The notes under the pieces were generated by a model. It saw only the letters and a program-made list of their open reading frames with translations, was not told the DNA's origin and did not search any database. From the NCBI RefSeq assembly GCF_006345805.1, contig NC_043009.1:67332001-67396000 (forward strand): 64,000 nt of DNA. Direction: 5' to 3'. This document shows, in pieces, positions 38,001 through 47,823 of this stretch. The number at the start of each line of letters is the position of its first letter. Position 1 is the first letter of the stretch. A program made the position numbers and the translations under genes. The DNA comes from Octopus sinensis (lineage: Eukaryota).

Positions 38001-41000
38001 TAGAAACACTGCCTGGTGCAGCCTCGTGGCTTCCCAGACCCCAGTCGACTGTCCAACCCATGCTAGCATGGAGAACGGACGTTAAACGATGATGATGATG
38101 ATGTACTACATTTGTTTAGTCTTTATGACTGTTCACGCTTTACATTTGCTTGCTGTAGTCGCTCAGTCACTGCTTTTCAACTGCATCCATTACTGAGGCC
38201 CTGGTTTGGGAGTTCCAGTGTTTTGAAGAGTGTGGAACCACCTCCTTACACACTGTTGTTCCCAGGTCTATTCTCACCTGAAGAAGTAGCACCTGTCAGA
38301 GTCCCAACTAATGGATTAATTAGCATGTTAAGGCTTGTCTGTCTAGACACATGAAGTCTGGATCAGACCGACTCTGTGGAAGAAACCTTCAGGTTTCAAT
38401 GGAGAGGAAGGCAGCTGCGATGCATTGTGGGATGCTGCGAGCAAGATGAGGCAAGCAACAGATCTTGGTTGTCCACTGAATCCATCTCCATTCCTGGTCA
38501 TCTTGACCTGGTCTTACCAATGAACTGAAAACGGTCACAAACTGGAGAGTGAGATGACTGGTGTCTGACTCTTCTTCACTTTAAACAAAGTCACCATAAA
38601 AGTCATCAACCATTCTTAAGGATGACCAGATGGCCTTCATCACTATATTATTCTCTTAACTGTATTTACTTTCTGTATTTACTCATCTCTTTCATTCACT
38701 GACTCTGATGTTGTTTTTCTCTTCAAATCCGTTTCACCTAGAATATTGGTGTTCCATGTTTCCTTGGTGGTATGTCACGTGGACTTTTAGGAAGAAATAA
38801 CCCTTTACAGATGAGACAGCAGCGTCGGGATGCACTGAAAGAGGCTGACCTTATTATTCTTGCTGGTAACCTGATTTCTTTTTTATTTTCATTTCATTTC
38901 CTGTTAAAAAAAAAATACAAGTATTTTTTTATCTTCTAATAAATATTTTTAAAATTTTATCTCTTATTATTTAAAAAAAATCTATTGCATTTTATGTCAT
39001 AGCATTTTATCTTCATTTTACCATGCTTGCATAAGTTGGATGGGCCTTCCCAAGAGCTTAATATCTTACTGCTTGTTGTGGTCCCTTCAGAGTTCCAGCC
39101 TTTTGAGATCAACCTTCATCCCTTCTTTCCGTGCCTCCCTCAGTCTTCCTCTTCTCCAAGTTCCTTCCGCTTTGATCACCCCACAAACTTTACCCAACTC
39201 ACATCTTCCATACACACAATACCTCCACTTCAGTGCAGTGATCTCCTATTCTTCATCATCTATGCACACTAACATTACACATCCAGGGGAGCATGTTCAC
39301 CTAAGTTCTTTTAAGGCTTCACTCATTCTCTGCATCCACAGCCCATGTTTTGCTACCCTGCAGTATCACACTTTGTACTTAAGCATCATACATTCTGCCC
39401 TTCACTCAGGGAGAGAATCCTTTTGTTACCAGCAGATGTAATAGTTCCTTGAAATCTCTCCTCTTTTTCCCCGACTCCTTTTTTAATCAGGCTGGTTACC
39501 TAATAATAATAATAGAAGCTGTCAGATATTTCTAGAAGCATTTTCAAATTCATAGCTACTCTTATTACTAACTAATTCTTGTTTGTCTGCTACGTACAGA
39601 ATCATTCTCTCCTGGCAGCCTATTTGTGATCACACTGCGTCTGAAATGCAACTGTTGTTTACATTCGTCACACATTACAGAGATCCTACCGACTCCTTTT
39701 CTCTGCACGCTGAGCATGGCTGGTTCCCCGATGACAGCAGAGTTCTGTGTTCTTTCCTGCCAACCAAATAGTTGTCTTTGCTAGGTTTACTTTTAGATGT
39801 CTTGATTGTAAGGCACTGCTTCCTTATTTGGAACATTTTCTCTAATTCTTTGATTGCCATGGAGAACCAGTCTTGAAGTTCACTAGTTATGACCTGTATA
39901 ACTAGGATAAACACCTGACTAAAAGTTGATCCCCTGGGCCCTGAAACTGTCGTCTTGTTAATATCACCCCTGTATTTAGGTTGCATGCTAAATAGACATC
40001 TTGTATTTAGCTTAAGCTCTATCTACGACGATTTCATCTCAATCGAAGGAGAGGGGCTTTCTCTGTCTGGGTAGCGGATCCATGGACGACCGCTCGGTTC
40101 AAAGTCTCTCTTGACCAGAAATGGCCTGAACTCTTTGTATGACCACCCTCCCTGTACATAACTCCCTGTCCCCCTACGTGGCCTTGCTTTTGCTTTTTGA
40201 GCCAATAAAAATTGAATTGGGGAAAAAAGAAAAGCCATTTCTTTGCATCTAGTTCTGTTTGTGAGCAGGTTAATGAAAGTTGGGTTTATTCTTAGCTAAA
40301 TACTTCATTTCTGTTCCATTTACAAAAAATGCTTCAGAATATAAAATTTTGCTCAGATCGTCTGAAGAAAGAAATAAACGAAAAAGGAATGAATAAGAGA
40401 ATTTTTAAAGGTTTAAGGAACACTAATTGTTATTCTTAGAAGTTTTATACTCTCAAAAGAAAATCCTGTCACACCACTTCCTTCTCTTCCATCCTATGTC
40501 TGATGATTAGACAGAAATGCCTGACCGTTTTGTTAGCTTGTGCAAACCCTTAGCTTCTTAGGTTCCTAACTAGCGTCACTATATAGGGGTGGGTTGTAGT
40601 TTGTGATTCAGTTCATATACAGTAATCCCTCGCCATATCGCAGTTGATTATTTAAGCTTGCATCGATCCCTCTATGGTGTTGTTTTGAATTTATAATAAA
40701 ATAAATACATACAAATTATAAAAATAAGAATAAAAAATATACAGTACAAGTACTGTTTCTTCTTCGCGGATTTTCACCTCTTGTGGGGGGTTTTGGAACA
40801 TAACACCTGCAATAGTTGAAGGATCACTGTAATTACTTCTAACCAGACACAGTAAACTGTTCGTTAGAGAGAAGTTGGTTAAAGTAAACTCAATTACAGG
40901 TTCTTTCGTTAGCCTAATTTGCATTAAGTTTGCCTTGCCAATATCTTTTTGATTCATATCTTTTATGTTTTGATCACACATTATTCACATTTTTATTTGA

Positions 41001-44000
41001 TTCTTGCATCTTTTAATGTGATTCCAGGAACTGTTTGTGATTTCCGTCTTGGCTATGGTCGGTCACTGAACCGAAAAGCGAAAATAATTGCTGTCAACCG
41101 TTCCAAAGAACAACTGCATAAAGTAAGTATTTCCGTATTCTATGACTTGGAGATCTGACATAAAAGTAACATTTGAAACAATCACAATGGATTCCTGCTC
41201 ACCCCTGTGAGGGTCTGAGTGCAATTGGGGCCTCTGTTCGTTAAATCTAGTTGACAGAAATGTAGAATGTTGTATCAAATCATGCCGACATTTTTCAGCT
41301 GGTGGGGTTGGGGTGAACACTGATTAATTATGTTGGTCTCATTTAATTAATTATCTCCAGGGTGTGACTCGGCTGATGTTATGTTAAATATGCCTGCACA
41401 ACAACAATAACAACAATGACAATGTTAGCAATAATAACTGCAACAGCAACTGCTCCGGTTGTCTGTTTTGGCTTGGTTTATCCAGTTGGAAGAACATACA
41501 GAGTGCCACATGTGGCGCTGACACAGGTGCTTTTTGTGTGGCACCAGTATGGGTCTTTTTACGTGGCACCAGCACGGGTGCTTTTTATGTGGCGTCAGCA
41601 CGGGTGTTTTTTGTGTGGTACTAGCATGGGAGATTCTTATGTGGCACCACCATGGGTACTTTTTACATGGCACCACCATGGGTACTTTTTACATGGCACC
41701 AGCATGGGTGCTTTCTGCATGGCACCAGCATGGGTGCTTTCTGCATGGCACCAGCATGGGTGCTTTCTGCATGGCACCAGCATGGGTGCTTTCTGCATGG
41801 CACCAGCACATGTTTTTTACATGGCACTAGCATGGTAACTTTTTACATGGCATCATCACAATATGTTGAATTGGCTTAGTCCTCTGGTTTACCAAATCCT
41901 GTTCACCTGTTAAACCATGCCTGCACAGGAAATGGGCACTAAATGGTGATGATTAACACATCATCATCATTTAACGTCCACTTTCCATGCTAGCATGGGT
42001 CAGACGATTTGACTGAGGTCTGGCGAACCAGACTCCAATCTGATCTGGCAGAGTTTCTACAGCACCCACTACACTCTCAGAGTGGTTGGCATTAGGAAGG
42101 GCCTCACAGAGGCAATGACAGGAGACCGAGACCTTTGCTGTGATTGAGAAGACCTGGCAACTTAAGTGAGATCGCAGCCATGGCCGATGCCAGTGTTGCA
42201 TGTCCGACCCATTTAAGAGTACCCTTGATGCGTTGGGTGATATGATATGCTTGAGAAGACCTGTCGAGTCAAGTAAAACCAATATCGTAGCTGTGGCCAG
42301 TGCCCCCTGACTGGCTCCGATTCCGGTAGCATGTAGAATGCATCATCTGAACGTGGTTGATGCCAGGTCCACCTGACTGGCTCCAGTGCTGGTGACACAT
42401 AAAACGTACCATCCAAACATGGCCAATGCCAGTACCCCTTGACTGACTCCCATGTAAAAAAGCACCTACTACACTCTCGGAGTGGTTGGTGTTAGGAAGA
42501 GCATCCAGCTGTAGAAACACTGCCAGATCAGATTGGAGCCTGGTGCAGCTGCTGGCTCTCCAGACCTCAGTCAAACCGTCCAACCCATGCCAGCATGGAA
42601 AGCAGACGTTAAACGATGATGATGATTTAATAAAGTAATCTGAATGCCAAAGGGTTAATGTAAAATAAAGCAAAAAAGTCCTTTATTATCTCATTTCTTC
42701 TTATTTTCTTTGCTAATTTTGCCGATCCTCCCTGATTGACATCATAGAATTATTTAACCTGTTCTTCTGTTATTCTGTTCTCTTCAGAATTCTGATATGT
42801 TTTGGAAACCAACTGTTGCCATCCAGGGAGATGCTGCTACATTTGTCACTCAACTGTCTTCAACACTTCAAGGTTACAAGTGTGACCCAGAATGGTTGTC
42901 CACATTACGGGAAAGAGATAATCTGAAAGAGAATGCAAACAAGTAATTGATGTTTTCGTTAATTAGATGATGTGTAATTTTGTTGTATCTGTATCAAAGA
43001 TATAGACTAAAGCCTTGAGCATGTATTTCATTGACAGAATCTGAAAGTAGCCATCATGTGTGTGTGTGACTGTGTAGATATGTATGTGTGCGTGTGTTTG
43101 TGCCATTGTGTGACTTGTAAATAAGTGATATTCATTTCTATTATTCGGCAAAAACATGTCATCGCCTTGGCAAGACTGATGAGTAGGCTACCTCTCTTGT
43201 GCTGGTCTTATGTAAAACTCACCCAATACACTCTGCAGAGTGTAAGGTTGAAGACACGACACGTGTCTAGGGCAGAGGCCAAGGAAAAATTGGCCAATAC
43301 ACTTTTTAAAGTGGTTGGCATTAGGATTGGCATCCAGCTGTAGAAACAGTGCTGAAAAATGAAAACTGAGTGAGATGAGATCCCTTGACTTGTCTTTGTG
43401 AGCATTCCCAAGTCCTGCTGACTTCAATTGTGATAACCTATTCCAACTAATGAAAGCATGGAAAGCAAATGCAAAATGATGATGATGATGATGGTGATGA
43501 TGATATATATTGTAAATTATGTTCTATCCTTTTTAGGAAAAAAGGTGAAGAAAAAACAGATAAACACCTGAATCCTGTGAAACTGTTACAACTGACTGAA
43601 GAGATTCTTACAGACGACAGCATTCTTGTAGCTGATGGCGGTGACTTTGTGGGTACTGCTTCCTACATTCTCAGGTAAATTATTTATCAGTTCTATATTT
43701 AAGAGATGGGGAATTATTTACATTATTTACATTTGACGGATATTTGTCCTCATCTTGTTTGTTGTTAACACGTTTCGGCTGATATACCCTCCAGCCTTCA
43801 TCAGGTGTCTTGGGGAAATTTCAAACCTGGATTCTCATTCCTAAGGTATTTTTCGATGTTGTTGTTGTTGTTGCTGCTGCTGTAGTAGTAGTAGTAATAA
43901 TAATAATAAACATTCAGGTCACTGCTTGGAATCGAACTCAGAATCTTGGGGTTAGTAGCCCATGCTCTTAACCACTATGCCATATGCCCATGGGTGTATG

Positions 44001-47000
44001 GTATAGTAGTATGCCCACAGGTATATGGCGTAGTAGTTAATAGTGTGGGCTACTAACCCCAAGATTCCGAATAATAATAATAATAATAACATCGAAAGAT
44101 ACCTTAGGAATGGGAGCCCTGGTTTAGGACTAATGTTGCTGTAATTTAGCCCCAGGAGACATCGTCTTCAGCCTGCTATACGACACGATCTGTGTCCTTA
44201 TATTTTCGAACAAGGAATCTAGCACCTCCCACTCAGCTCAAAACAATATCTGTGTATCGCGATTTCTGAGTTATTTCCCTTCATCAGCACTGGGGCTAAA
44301 TTACAGCAACATTCGTCCTAAACCAGGACGTCCATGTTATGTTGGCAAACAATCTTTACTCCAATGTACTGTTGCTGAATATCTCTCGTTGTGAGATTTA
44401 AAAATAGTAATTTTCTAATAAACATTTTGTTGTGACAAATTTAATTCAATCAACTTGCACAGAAAAAACGTTTGAGAGTTTCTGTGGAAGGTAGATCCAC
44501 TGAGCAGACAAATTTCATCATTGTTATTCTCATTGATTTTATATTGATAAGAAATTATTGATATAATACCTTTGACTTACTCCTTTACCTAAAATTTCAG
44601 ACCTTGTTCCCATTGTAGAAAGAATTGTAGCTTTATCCACTACGAATTCCACCTTTGAAGTGATGTATTCCATATCTGTTTAAGTTTCTGAAAAAAAAAA
44701 TGTATATTGACATTAAATTTAATATTTTTGCAGACCACGTGGCCCTTTATGTTGGTTAGATCCTGGTGCTTTTGGAACTCTTGGTGTTGGTGGAGGATTT
44801 GCACTTGGCGCCAAAATTTGTCGTCCCGAAAGCGATGTGTGGATTATATATGGTGATGGTTCTCTTGGATTTAGTGTGGCTGAGTTTGATACTTTTACAC
44901 GACACAAGGTAACATTCATTTACAATTATTATGTAATATCAAGACAAGGAAACACACTTTCACACACACACACACACACACACACATCCATGCACATACA
45001 CATACACATATTTACAACAGATTTCTTTCAATTTTTGTCCACCAAATCCACTCACAAGGCTTTGGTCAGCTTGAGGCTATTGTAGAAAACACTTGCCCAA
45101 GGTGCCACTTAGTGGGACCGAATCCAAAACCATTTGATTAGAAAGCGATCTTCTCAACCACACAGCCTGCCTGACACCACAGTAATAACATGGAAAGCCA
45201 GACCCAGTAGAGTTTGAACTCAAAACCTGGAAGGTTGAAACTAGGTACTGCCTGACACCCCAGTAATAACATGGAAAGCCAGACCCAGTAGAATTTGAAC
45301 TCAAAACCTGGAAGATTGAAACTAGGTACTACCTGACACCACAGTAATAACATGGAAAGCCAGACCCAGTAGAATTTGAACTCAAAACCTGGAAGGTTGA
45401 AACTAAGAACTTATAAACTGTTCAGTTACTTTTATCATTTCTACCAATTGACCTTTCCGAACCAGTTTTAATTACCAGTTTTAATTACACTCCACTTCTA
45501 TGTCTTCTGTAGACAATTACACAACTCGTTTATATTATTTCTTGTTTTAGCTGCCTGTTATCGCTCTTGTTGGCAATGATGCTGGTTGGACCCAGATTTT
45601 AAGGGAACAAGTACCAATGTTTGGCAGCAGCGTCGCCTGCGATCTAAGTGTAAGGAATTACTTGATTACTTTTTAATTTCTGGATTTCTGAGCTGATATT
45701 CTAAATTCATGTTTCTGTAACTATCTAATAATGGTTTAAGTTTTTGGTAATTTGGTGGGAGGGGGTACTTATTTTATTGACCCCCAAAAGGACAAAAGGT
45801 AATACTGATGTCAGTGGAATGTGAACTCAGAACATAGAAAATTGGAAGAAATACTACTAAACTCCTAACTCAGTGTGTTAGCAATTCAACCAGCACATGC
45901 TTTAATAATAATAGTAATGATAATAATAATAATAATGACGATGACGACGACGATAATAATAATAATCCTTTCTACTGAAGGCACAATGGGTGAAATTTTG
46001 GGGGAGGGGAATAGTCGATTAAATACTGGTACTTTTTTCACTGATCGTGAAAGGATGAAAGGCAAAGTTGACCTTGGCAGAATTTGAACTCTGAATATAA
46101 AGACAGACAAAATGCCACAAAACATTTCACCCGGTGTGCTAACGATTCTGCCAGCTTGCCACCTTAACTTAATAATAATAATAACAATAATAATAATAAT
46201 AATATGATGGTGATGATAATAATGGTTTCAAATTTTAGCACAAGCCCATTAAATCCAGAGGAGTGGCCAAGTCAATTACATCATCCCTAGTATTCTACTG
46301 GTACTTATTTTATTGACCCCCACAAAAGGATGAAAGGCAAAGTCAATCTTGGTTGAATTTGAACTCAGAAACACTCTAAACACATCACTTTATTTCATTC
46401 TGTGATTGTGGTCTATTTTACCGACTCCGACTCCAGCTACCCCTTAATTGTTTCTGACTCTGACTCCCTGGTTATCTAAACACATCACTTTATTTCATTC
46501 TGTGATTGTGGTCTATTTTACCGACTCCGACTCCAGCTACCCCTTAATTGTTTCCGACTCTGACCCCCTGGTTATCTAAACACATCACTTTATTTCATTC
46601 TGTGATTGTGGTCTATTTTACTGACTCTGACTCCAGCTACCCCTTAATTGTCTCCGACTCTGACTCCCTGGTTATCTAAACACATCACTTTATTTCATTC
46701 TGTGATTGTGGTCTATTTTACTGACTCTGACTCCAGCTACCCCTTAATTGTTTCCGACTCTGACTCCCTGGTTATCTAAACACATCACTTTATTTCATTC
46801 TGTGATTGTGGTCTATTTTACTGACTCTGACTCCAGCTACCCCTTAATTGTTTCCGACTCTGACTCCCTGGTTATCTAAACACATCACTTTATTTCATTC
46901 TGTGATTGTGGTCTATTTTACTGACTCTGACTCCAGCTACCCCTTAATTGTTTCCGACTCTGACTCCCTGGTTATCTAAACACATCACTTTATTTCATTC

Positions 47001-47389
47001 TGTGATTGTAGTCTATTTTACCGACTCCGACTCCAGCTACCCCTTAATTGTTTCCGACTCTGACTCCCTGGTTATCTAAACACATCACTTTATTTCATTC
47101 TGTCTTTGTGTGTTTTGGACCAAATTTCAGTTCCACTTGTTATTTTACCTAAATTTAATTTTTCTCTCTTTGTTTTATTTTTTGTTATTTTCTTCGTATC
47201 TAGTTCTCGTCCTACCATACTGTTGCCCAGGGTTTTGGCGGTAAAGGTTACCAACTGGACAGAAGCAACGAAGAACAGATGTCGACAATACTCAGACAAT
47301 GCCAAAAGGATGCCAGGGAAGGTCACAGTGTTCTGATTAACGCTTTGATTGGTAAAACTAACTTCCGTGAAGGCAGCATATCTGTTTAA
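21605..47389 (+). CDS. ILVBL: ILVBL/HACL2 (2-hydroxyacyl-CoA lyase 2, acetolactate synthase-like), whole gene span, 16 coding exons, 1878 nt CDS, 625 aa
   Basis: All 16 exons are bounded by AG/GT, their phases chain without a break, and the total is 626 codons. Motifs: [17 protein letters not shown] (catalytic Glu), [35 protein letters not shown] motif GDG..GND and C-terminal [12 protein letters not shown]-terminal hydrophobic segment as in human ILVBL. Confidence 0.97.
23547..23764. mobile_element. TTAA-flanked (piggyBac-type) MITE
   Basis: TTAA|CCCTTT...gtaacgAAAGGG|TTAA; second copy at 24071-24293. Confidence 0.85.
24297..24529 (+). mobile_element. tRNA-derived SINE family B with 16-bp TSD
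   Basis: TSD ggtattgaaagggtaa at 24281-24296 and 24530-24545; B-box gagttcaaattcc; centre gcctttcatcctttcggggtcgat (Meta-domain-like, inference). Confidence 0.85.
25765..26001 (+). mobile_element. SINE family B, consensus-like copy with 13-bp TSD
   Basis: TSD ggtatagacataa at 25752-25764 and 26002-26014. Other copies at about 28460, 31230, 37430-37810(-), 46000(-), 48340(-), 53340-54180 and 60440-60880. Confidence 0.85.
26108..26161 (+). CDS. ILVBL: ILVBL exon 2 ([18 protein letters not shown])
   Basis: ccag|GTT...AAG|gtaagt, 54 nt. Confidence 0.92.
26778..26955 (+). repeat. 41-bp tandem repeat, 4.3 identical copies, inside an RTE tail
   Basis: ccagctgtagaaacaagagtggtgagcattaggaagggcat at 26778, 26819, 26860 and 26901. 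Confidence 0.95.
27708..27976. mobile_element. hAT-type MITE with perfect 8-bp TSD, nested in a SINE A copy
   Basis: TIR cagagctgtggagtcg / cgactccacagccctg; TSD ccaccact on both sides. Confidence 0.9.
28165..28269 (+). CDS. ILVBL: ILVBL exon 3 ([35 protein letters not shown])
   Basis: ctag|GCT...GAA|gtaggt, 105 nt. Confidence 0.96.
30264..30342 (+). CDS. ILVBL: ILVBL exon 4 ([26 protein letters not shown])
   Basis: tag|GTT...CCAG|gtacc, 79 nt. Confidence 0.96.
30650..31015 (+). mobile_element. Mariner C-terminal relic
   Basis: [27 protein letters not shown]. Confidence 0.75.
31063..31154 (+). CDS. ILVBL: ILVBL exon 5 ([31 protein letters not shown])
   Basis: ccag|GT...AAG|gtaact, 92 nt. 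Confidence 0.96.
31690..31990 (-). mobile_element. tRNA-derived SINE family C
   Basis: Minus-strand head ggcccagtggttagggcagcggactcacgg...ggtttcgattcccagacc; related copies at 34000-34250 and 49940-50230. Confidence 0.75.
32577..32612 (+). ncRNA. Hammerhead-like fold with variant core, unrelated repeat family
   Basis: cttt-CTGTAGA-a-gagc(atag)gctc-GAAAC-GTA-aaag; stems I and II pair, but core position A6 is T. Confidence 0.45.
33185..33323 (+). CDS. ILVBL: ILVBL exon 6 ([20 protein letters not shown]...AQSGTP)
   Basis: tcag|GGC...CCAG|gtaagc, 139 nt. Confidence 0.96.
33432..33930. mobile_element. hAT-type MITE
   Basis: caggggttcctaacc ... ggttgagatccattg; 8-bp TSD cgttagac/cattagac. Confidence 0.75.
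35168..35279 (+). CDS. ILVBL: ILVBL exon 7 ([23 protein letters not shown]...KIVNW)
   Basis: tcag|GC...TG|gtaggt, 112 nt. Confidence 0.95.
35468..35689. mobile_element. Second TTAA-type MITE family
   Basis: ccctt(c/t)agcatt...aa(g)tgct(g/a)aag ends; second copy at 36570-36790. Confidence 0.7.
36290..36390 (+). CDS. ILVBL: ILVBL exon 8 ([33 protein letters not shown])
   Basis: ttag|G...CAAG|gtacgt, 101 nt. Confidence 0.94.
37204..37313 (+). CDS. ILVBL: ILVBL exon 9 ([21 protein letters not shown]...QSLE)
   Basis: ccag|TG...GAG|gtaaat, 110 nt. Confidence 0.95.
38742..38865 (+). CDS. ILVBL: ILVBL exon 10 ([41 protein letters not shown])
   Basis: ctag|AAT...GCTG|gtaacc, 124 nt. Confidence 0.96.
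41028..41122 (+). CDS. ILVBL: ILVBL exon 11 ([32 protein letters not shown])
   Basis: ccag|GA...AAA|gtaagt, 95 nt. Confidence 0.96.
41500..41850 (+). repeat. 26-bp minisatellite (atggcaccagcatgggtgctttctgc)
   Basis: Homogeneous core at 41690-41808 with degenerate flanks; unit resembles RTE 3' UTR subrepeats. Confidence 0.9.
42788..42942 (+). CDS. ILVBL: ILVBL exon 12 ([20 protein letters not shown]...ENAN)
   Basis: tcag|AAT...AA|gtaatt, 155 nt. Confidence 0.95.
43537..43674 (+). CDS. ILVBL: ILVBL exon 13 ([17 protein letters not shown]...[13 protein letters not shown])
   Basis: ttag|G...AG|gtaaat, 138 nt. Confidence 0.96.
43700..43990 (-). mobile_element. Full tRNA-headed SINE-like element with (AAT/AAC)n linker and hammerhead tail
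   Basis: Head with A box TGGCATAGTGG and B box GAGTTCGATTCC, microsatellite linker, tail shared with 2940-3090 and 58300-58485. Confidence 0.75.
43767..43809 (-). ncRNA. Hammerhead motif copy lacking the cleavage triplet (probably inactive)
   Basis: Minus strand gacac-CTGATGA-a-ggctg..cagcc-GAAAC-gtgtt, with a 3-nt deletion relative to the + copies. Confidence 0.6.
44118..44327. mobile_element. MITE with 38-bp TIRs
   Basis: cctggtttaggactaatgttgctgtaatttagccccag / ctggggctaaattacagcaacattcgtcctaaaccagg (1 mismatch). Confidence 0.85.
44734..44908 (+). CDS. ILVBL: ILVBL exon 14 ([19 protein letters not shown]...[19 protein letters not shown])
   Basis: gcag|A...AAG|gtaaca, 175 nt; start of the TPP-binding motif. 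Confidence 0.97.
45170..45406 (+). repeat. 81-bp tandem repeat, about 3 copies
   Basis: Units at 45170, 45251 and 45332. Confidence 0.92.
45551..45649 (+). CDS. ILVBL: ILVBL exon 15 ([33 protein letters not shown])
   Basis: ttag|CTG...AGT|gtaagg, 99 nt. Confidence 0.96.
46375..47103 (+). repeat. 100-bp minisatellite, 7.3 near-identical copies, in the last ILVBL intron
   Basis: tctaaacacatcac recurs at 46375, 46475 ... 47075. Confidence 0.97.
47204..47389 (+). CDS. ILVBL: ILVBL exon 16, terminal ([15 protein letters not shown]...[11 protein letters not shown])
   Basis: ctag|TTC...TAA, 186 nt. Confidence 0.96.
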   Translation, partial: FSSYHTVAQGFGGKGYQLDRSNEEQMSTILRQCQKDAREGHSVLINALIGKTNFREGSISV

Positions 47390-47450
47390 CAACTGCAGCA
47401 GCAACAACACTTGGAACAACAACAACCATAATAATAATAATAATAATAAT

Positions 47451-47576
47451 AATAAATGATAATGATAATAAACAATAACAGTACAATGCAATTTGTAGGA
47501 AAAGCACTTTGTTTATTGAATTAAACAAATTGAACAATATTTTGAGATTGTTCTCAAGTTCAAAATGTAAAATAAA
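47451..47576 (+). promoter_or_regulatory. Candidate ILVBL polyadenylation signals
   Basis: AATAAA at 47451, 47467 and 47571, downstream of the stop; which one is used cannot be told. Confidence 0.4.
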
Positions 47577-47770
47577 AAGAATATATTGTTATATTTCTCA
47601 ATGGTCTTTTTTTTTTCCTTTGTTAAATAAACACAAGCTGTAAATATTCTTCACTTCAGATTTGGTATTGTTCTTTGTCTGATGTTTACAGGATGTGTGA
47701 TGAAAGATTTTTCAGACAAAAGACAATAAAATAAAAACAATGAAAAAAACTGAAGTGAAGAACAAGTACA

Positions 47771-47823
<53 letters not shown>

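Noticed and set aside
40691-40981. 96-aa antisense ORF just upstream of ILVBL exon 11
   Set aside because: No motif or splice support; likely a chance ORF
46375-47103. CRISPR-like array
   Set aside because: Units are contiguous near-identical 100-mers with no unique spacers, no cas genes are present, and the context is a eukaryotic intron
21605-47389. Bacterial ilvB horizontal transfer or branched-chain amino acid synthesis in an animal
   Set aside because: The sequence is the ordinary intron-rich metazoan ILVBL/HACL2, not acetolactate synthase
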